DNA of 64,000 nt, taken from assembly GCA_043228905.1 (NCBI GenBank), contig JBHGNT010000003.1, positions 16,988,001 through 17,052,000 on the forward strand. Reading direction: 5' to 3'. The position numbers were made by a program, and so were the translations under genes. The notes under the pieces are model-generated. The model saw only the letters and a list, made by a program, of their open reading frames with translations. It ran no database searches and was not told where the DNA came from. Positions within the stretch are counted from its first letter, which is position 1; every line of letters begins with the position of its first letter. Origin of the DNA: Azolla caroliniana. Taxonomy: Eukaryota > Plantae > Polypodiophyta. This document shows, one piece after another, positions 58,349 through 64,000 of this stretch.

Positions 58349-61300
58349 TCATGATGTGCATAATTCTCGTTCTGAGGAGCATTCCTTGATAGCATCGACA
58401 TCAATCACGCGACCTGATCCTATGGCAGCAGTTAAAAGCCGAAGCGACCCTTTGCCTACCAGCCCTATAAAGTTGCTACTACTTCCTTCTAACGATTTTT
58501 TAAGCTTGCTTTGACACACTAAATCTTGATCATTGATATCCCCATCTTCAGACTCGATCAACCATTCCAAGTTCTCTTTGGGTACTTGGGCAGATTTTAG
58601 TTGCATGATATTTTGGCGACAAAAGGGACATGTTGGGGATGGAGAATTGGGTATGGCCGGGTTCGGCTTGTTATGACAACAAAGTGCAAGAGTGCACCCA
58701 GCACACATTTGGTGCCTGCAATCTCGGATTTCAATTGTACACGTTCGCTCGAAACAAATGCAACATAACTCGATGTCTTCATCATTATCATCATCATCAA
58801 TCTGAGTGTCATAAAGTAACATTGTAAAGTACATACACACATCCATCATATATGTACAAATAATACATGTATAGATATACAAAACATAGATATAGGTATA
58901 TACACACAGGTACATGAATATCTAAATGCATAAGACATATACACACGAAAATATATAAAGCATGTATATATGCATATCCATATCCTATATGGATATGGAT
59001 ATGCATTTCAATGTGGATGTGCATGTGGATGTGTGCATGCGTATGGGTATGGGTATGGGTATGAATATGGATATGCATGTGCATGTATGTGTATATTGTT
59101 ATAGATATATGTATGGATATACACATACGCATACACATACCTCTACGAACAGTATGCCTATCTGCCAAGAGACAAGTATACATATAGGTTTAGGTATAGG
59201 TATAGTTATACCTATACCTATATGTATAGGTGTCTGTATGTATACATATACTTATATGCATAGGTATAGGTATACCTACACAATGTATACTTATATGCAT
59301 ATAGGTATATAGGTATAGGTATAGGTATATGTGTACGCTTATATATATGTATGTATTTGGGAGGGATGCGTGCCTATATATGTATGGTGATATAGACAGA
59401 TATATGTATATATCGCAAAAGTACGTGTGGTGAGTTGCGATTTTTTGGACCTCTTGCTTCCCAGACACTCTCATTTCTTGTTTTGATGATTTATTGATGG
59501 CAGCCTCATTTTGAGAAGAGAATATCCTCCTCTCCCATGCATCATTTGCTTGTGCCAGAGCTGCCTCCAATAAGGTTTTAGCTTCTGGATCAAGATCACT
59601 CATGAATTTCCAAGGTGATGGCCATACCAACGGTTCAGTCGAGAGTGGGTTGAGAAGAGATGCACAAGCGTGGTTGTGATACTTCATAGCTATGAAAAAT
59701 GGAGAGTGCCTATAAAGAAACAATAACATAACGATATAAAGTAGACATTACTTGCGAATCAAAAGATGACACCTCTTATTTGCAAGATTTTAAGAGGCAA
59801 ATGGGGTTTTTTTCTTTCCTTAAAAAACACACCAACTGTAGGTTCTTTTGTTTCAATAATTTATTTGAGTTTTGTCTTTAAACTGAAATGGAGTAAGCTG
59901 GAGCCCCGAGATATGGTGGTAACAAACATCATCCCCAGTAATTTCATTCATGCATTTTTTCTTATATGCTTACCCTCTAGAGTTTCTATACATTCGATCT
60001 GCACCCCATGCCAAAAGCTCTTTAACGCACTCCGTTGATCCTCCACGAGCTGCACAATGCAACGGAGTGCTACCAATACCACAACTGAAAAAGAAAAAAA
60101 ACAAAACAAATACGAAATGTTGAAGTTTACACTCCTGACATGTGCAAGAAAGAGAAGATGTGGAAACTTTCCCCACTTGGGAAGGACCTCACTTTCCCTC
60201 ATGTTTTCCTAGTGTTCAACACAACAATCTTGTCCTCACATCTGAAAGATACCCATGTTATCTTATGTTTCTTTACCACTAGTCCCCAGCACAGCAGACT
60301 TTCCCCATGTGGGAAAGGCCCAATAATCCTAATGTTTCGCAACCTTGTTCAACATTATGAGCTCGTGAAGGCGAGATGGTTGTGTATATCTAAGTATGCC
60401 ACCCACTCCTTTGCCTCCAGAAGCTCATAATGTTCGGTCCAAGCAAGAAAAACACTAGGGAATATTTATCATTAAATGTCTATGTTAGAAGGAATTTCAG
60501 AATTTTAGGTGACTTATTTATGACAAGCTTTCTGAAAGCCTCTTAAAGTTACAATTAACTTTAAGGAAATTAGTAGTAATTACTGGAAATATTCATCAAA
60601 ACAAGCTAAATATGGAAATCTCACCCCATTCCACCCGATCGTGTCGTTGTAGCACACACTAGAGCTCCTTTGCCTAAAAGACAACGAACTACTCCCAGAT
60701 GATTGAACCGTGCTGCCAAATGTAGCGGAGTCGCCCCATTACTATCACGAACGTTAACAAACCGAGCAAAACCCCTGGCATAAAAACACACATATTTTTA
60801 ATCTTTGCCACATGCCGAATGTCTTCAAATGTAGTGACATATATAGATCAATAAATATAATTGGTTGGTTGTTTAACAAAATACCCCTACGATTTCAAAA
60901 ACAAAATACCAGAATATGCCTCATTGGGCAGGGGTATATTCTTGTGATTTTCAAAATATTAGGGATATTTTGGTCAAAATGTTAAGGATATTTGGTGTTT
61001 TCTCCATATGTATGTGTGTTTTTATGTATCTTACCATGTTTGTGCCACCCTTGGTAGTTGAGCAGATTCTATGATTCTTTTCGCACATTCGAAATGCCCA
61101 CTCTTGGCAGCATAATGTAAGCATGTTCTCCGGTTGGGCACATCAAACACGAGAATCTGTGTTAAAAAACCAACTATCTTTTTACCCCGAAGTAATTGAA
61201 AATTGATGGTCAAGAGGGAGGTATGTAATGTTTTTACTTCAGAATAAGTCTATCTATATAGACCATGTTAATGGGGAAAATAGCGCAATCCGATGCATTT

Positions 61301-62002
61301 CTGGACTGCTTGACCATAGTTAGGGTTTATCCATTATAATGGTATGTGTGCACACCACAAAGGTTGCACTTGAACCTTTGACAGGCACAAGTAAAGCCAT
61401 CCTAGTCATCTACCATGAATACTAGTGCAGTGTAAATAATAATGGGTGATAAAACAAGAAGAAAGAAAAGGATATTACATCTGCTCCCCATTCCACAAGT
61501 GTTTCGATGCAAGAAACTCTTCCATTTTTACATGCAAGCATCAATGCCGTCTGTCCACGAGAGCTCATTGCGTTCAATAATGCGCCCTTCTCCAAAAGCA
61601 AGGAAAGCATCTGTCATCATCACTAAAATATCTCTAAATAAATAAATCCTCGACGCTATAATTTCATAGAAACATATCGTGACTCATGTAATAGAAAGAT
61701 ATTTGTGTGTATATATGGGAATATAAATATAAAAAATGTGAGAACGAGACGGTTTAGAGCTCATTTTTTGGAAGAAAAACTTGAGCCTATGAAAAATGGT
61801 CATGATGCATGTATATACACACACACACACATATATATAGAGAGAGAGAGAGAGATACACTTGTTCACCCAAATTTATGAAAGCCCTTGATAACATTATG
61901 CAAAGATGTCATAATTCATGAATGGAGATTGTCAGGAGTCCTTTGCAGAAAGACCTTAAACCATGGAAAAACAACAGCATGTAATTGAGATATACAACTA
62001 TA

Positions 62003-62037
<35 letters not shown>

Positions 62038-62422
62038 AAGAGAAAGATTTCTGTTTATGTCTTTCTTCATACGAAATTCTTAAAACTAAGAAACAAATGA
62101 GAAGTATTATATAATTATACCCATACATACATATACATATACACAATGCATACATATGTACTTACATGTAATATAACATAAATGGAGAGAGAGAGAGAGA
62201 GAGAGAGGTGAAGAGAGAAATTGATTAGTGTATTACCTCTGATTGACCATGTGCGGCAGCATAATGCAATGGAGAGAGTCGGACATGGCTGCAAGAAACA
62301 GTGGCATTAATCAGCTTGGGCTTGTGGGTGAGGATAGCCATGGCATGATGTAAGTCACCTTCCTGGATTGTAGAGAACAACTCATTCTCTGATTTATGGA
62401 CATAGCTCATACATATACCCAT
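58349..62422 (-). CDS. XBAT31: XB3/XBAT31-like ankyrin-repeat RING-type E3 ubiquitin ligase (470 aa). Exons 62422-62237, 61610-61479, 61156-61035, 60774-60625, 60084-59974, 59709-59451, 58801-58349
   Basis: All introns GT-AG and phases consistent (1413 nt). Ankyrin motifs SPLHYAA, TALMLAC, TCLHYAA, TPLHLAA, STPLHCAARGG. Family motifs WGFARFVNVRD and EPLVWPSPWKFMS. RING CCICFE...CRHQMCAGCTLALCCHNKPN...CPFCR. Symbol denotes family-level similarity, not proven orthology. Confidence 0.92.
58850..59410. repeat. Low-complexity hexamer microsatellite mosaic (ATATGG/TATAGG/TACACA) in the last XBAT intron
   Basis: Directly visible. Confidence 0.85.
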
Positions 62423-62461
62423 GCTTGTATATATGTGGCTTGAACAAACTCATGTACCATA

Positions 62462-62497
<36 letters not shown>

Positions 62498-63814
62498 TGT
62501 ATCAACTAACGCTCATTTCATGTTATTATATCCCTCGAAGAATCATCATCATTTGTATATCATCTGACTGACGATCCAACAAAGCTTAATTCATCTTCTT
62601 CACCACCGACAAACGCATATAATCCATCACATATGTGGAACTCAAAAAGAGCAGGTTTTCTTTCTTCAGAGGTTTGTTTTTTAGTTCGTTTGTTGATCAA
62701 TCCCCTGGAAAACATTCTTGATAGCTTTTCGGAACTACAAAACGAAAGGAAGATTGAAGAACGAGTCAAAGGGAAGAACACAAAAAGAGAAACACTTCTG
62801 TTGCCAATTTTAGCAGTGGAGAGCGATTATTCCTCTAAAAAAAAATAGACGTTTTTTATAGAGTAATGAAATCATTATGAATCATATTCAAAGCCTCAGA
62901 TGTTAGTTAACCTTTCTTCTTGGAAGAAAGGAAGAAAGCCAGAATTTCATGAGCGTTTCCAAGAACCCAAAGAATGATTTTGTCTTTAATCTGCTATAGA
63001 ACAACCGGTTTAATCCTCTTAATATCCGATTAGTACAGATAGTGGGTTCTAAAAAATCCTGCATGGAATAACCGATAATCCCTGTTGATACCGGTTAATG
63101 CAGGTGGCGGATTCATTAATATCCAGTGAATCGAATGGTGGGTTGTTTGGCATCAGGGCAATCCAGCTGATGGGTTTTCTTAACAACCGGTTAATCCACA
63201 ATTATAGAAAGTCGGCTGGATTTAAGTAACCGGTTAATCCAGAGGGCGAGTTCCTAACAAGCGGCTAATCTGGAGAGAATGGAGAACTTTTGCTAACAGA
63301 AGATGGATCCATAGCAATGGCATCTTAATCCAGATACATGACGCCGATTAGTAAGGCCTGTTAATTCCTGGCATCTTAATCCAGATAGATGACGCCTGAT
63401 TAGTAAGGCCTGTTAATTCCTGGCGATATAGATATCGCCTCATTAACAAACAGCCTTTCTTTCCATAATTTAACCCCCTTTTTTCTCATTTCACGTGAAG
63501 CCTCTCTGTTCTTCTTCTTCTTCTTCCTTCTTCTTTTCCCTTTCACACGAACTTCAGGCAGGCAGGCAGGCAGGCAGGCAAAGGCACCATGAAAATACAT
63601 GCCACCGTATATACGGATACATATACATGCACCGTATATATACGGATATACATACATACATACATACATACATACATACATACATACATAACCATGTATA
63701 TATGTACATCCCCGAAGGGGCTGTCTTTCCCCTAATATCAAGAAAATGCCCCGCCCGCCCTATTCATCTCATCGGAGAGGACAACTCAACACACGGGAAC
63801 GTTCTAAATACATG

Positions 63815-63915
63815 AGAGATAAGATAGATAGGCAGATTCTATTTATTATTGTCTTCGGAGGCCAAATGCGACCAAAAGTATTACCACATTTCATGTAATA
63901 TATTTGAAAGTGAAT
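63815..63915 (-). mobile_element. RTEX-like LINE 3' end (stem-loop plus ATCT tail), diverged copy
   Basis: Homologous to 55221-55322 and 53678-53770. Confidence 0.7.
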
Positions 63916-64000
63916 AAAGAGAGAAAGGTTGTGACGGTGATGAAAGTGTTGCCTCACGGTCTCAACCCCCCTTGGGGTTCCCAAGCTTTCTCTTTGCTAA

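Noticed and set aside
58809-59312. His/Met/Tyr-rich ORFs in the XBAT intron
   Set aside because: Low-complexity intronic microsatellites.

Overview
Eukaryotic, TE-rich land-plant DNA. A fern or other seed-free vascular plant is my inference from the element types and a centrin-like gene. Positions 1-47.9 kb are an almost continuous nest of retrotransposons, most with readable LTRs, PBS, PPT and TSDs. An RTEX-like LINE is interrupted by a Ty3/Gypsy element (1-5717) and by a Ty1/Copia (7401-20460), which itself holds an intact Gypsy (9315-16875). An L1 LINE is interrupted by an intact Copia (23244-28761). A second L1 fragment is split by an older Copia (33277-46986) containing a chromovirus and two solo LTRs. 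Two spliced host genes follow: a divergent centrin-like EF-hand gene (49707-51638, +, 6 exons) and an XB3/XBAT31-like ankyrin-RING E3 ligase (58349-62422, -, 7 exons). Between them lie LINE debris and a cargo-laden non-autonomous hAT. Most unusual observations: (1) a Gypsy polyprotein frame with two tandem retropepsin domains and four zinc knuckles; (2) a Gypsy lineage with tRNA-like A/B-box modules in its LTRs, a tRNA-Trp PBS, 4-bp TSD, DHG protease motif and a GGAUUUU+hairpin -1 frameshift signal between gag-PR and pol; (3) a LINE 3' stem-loop plus (ATCT)n tail dispersed across the window. All coordinates were read by eye and no searches were run.
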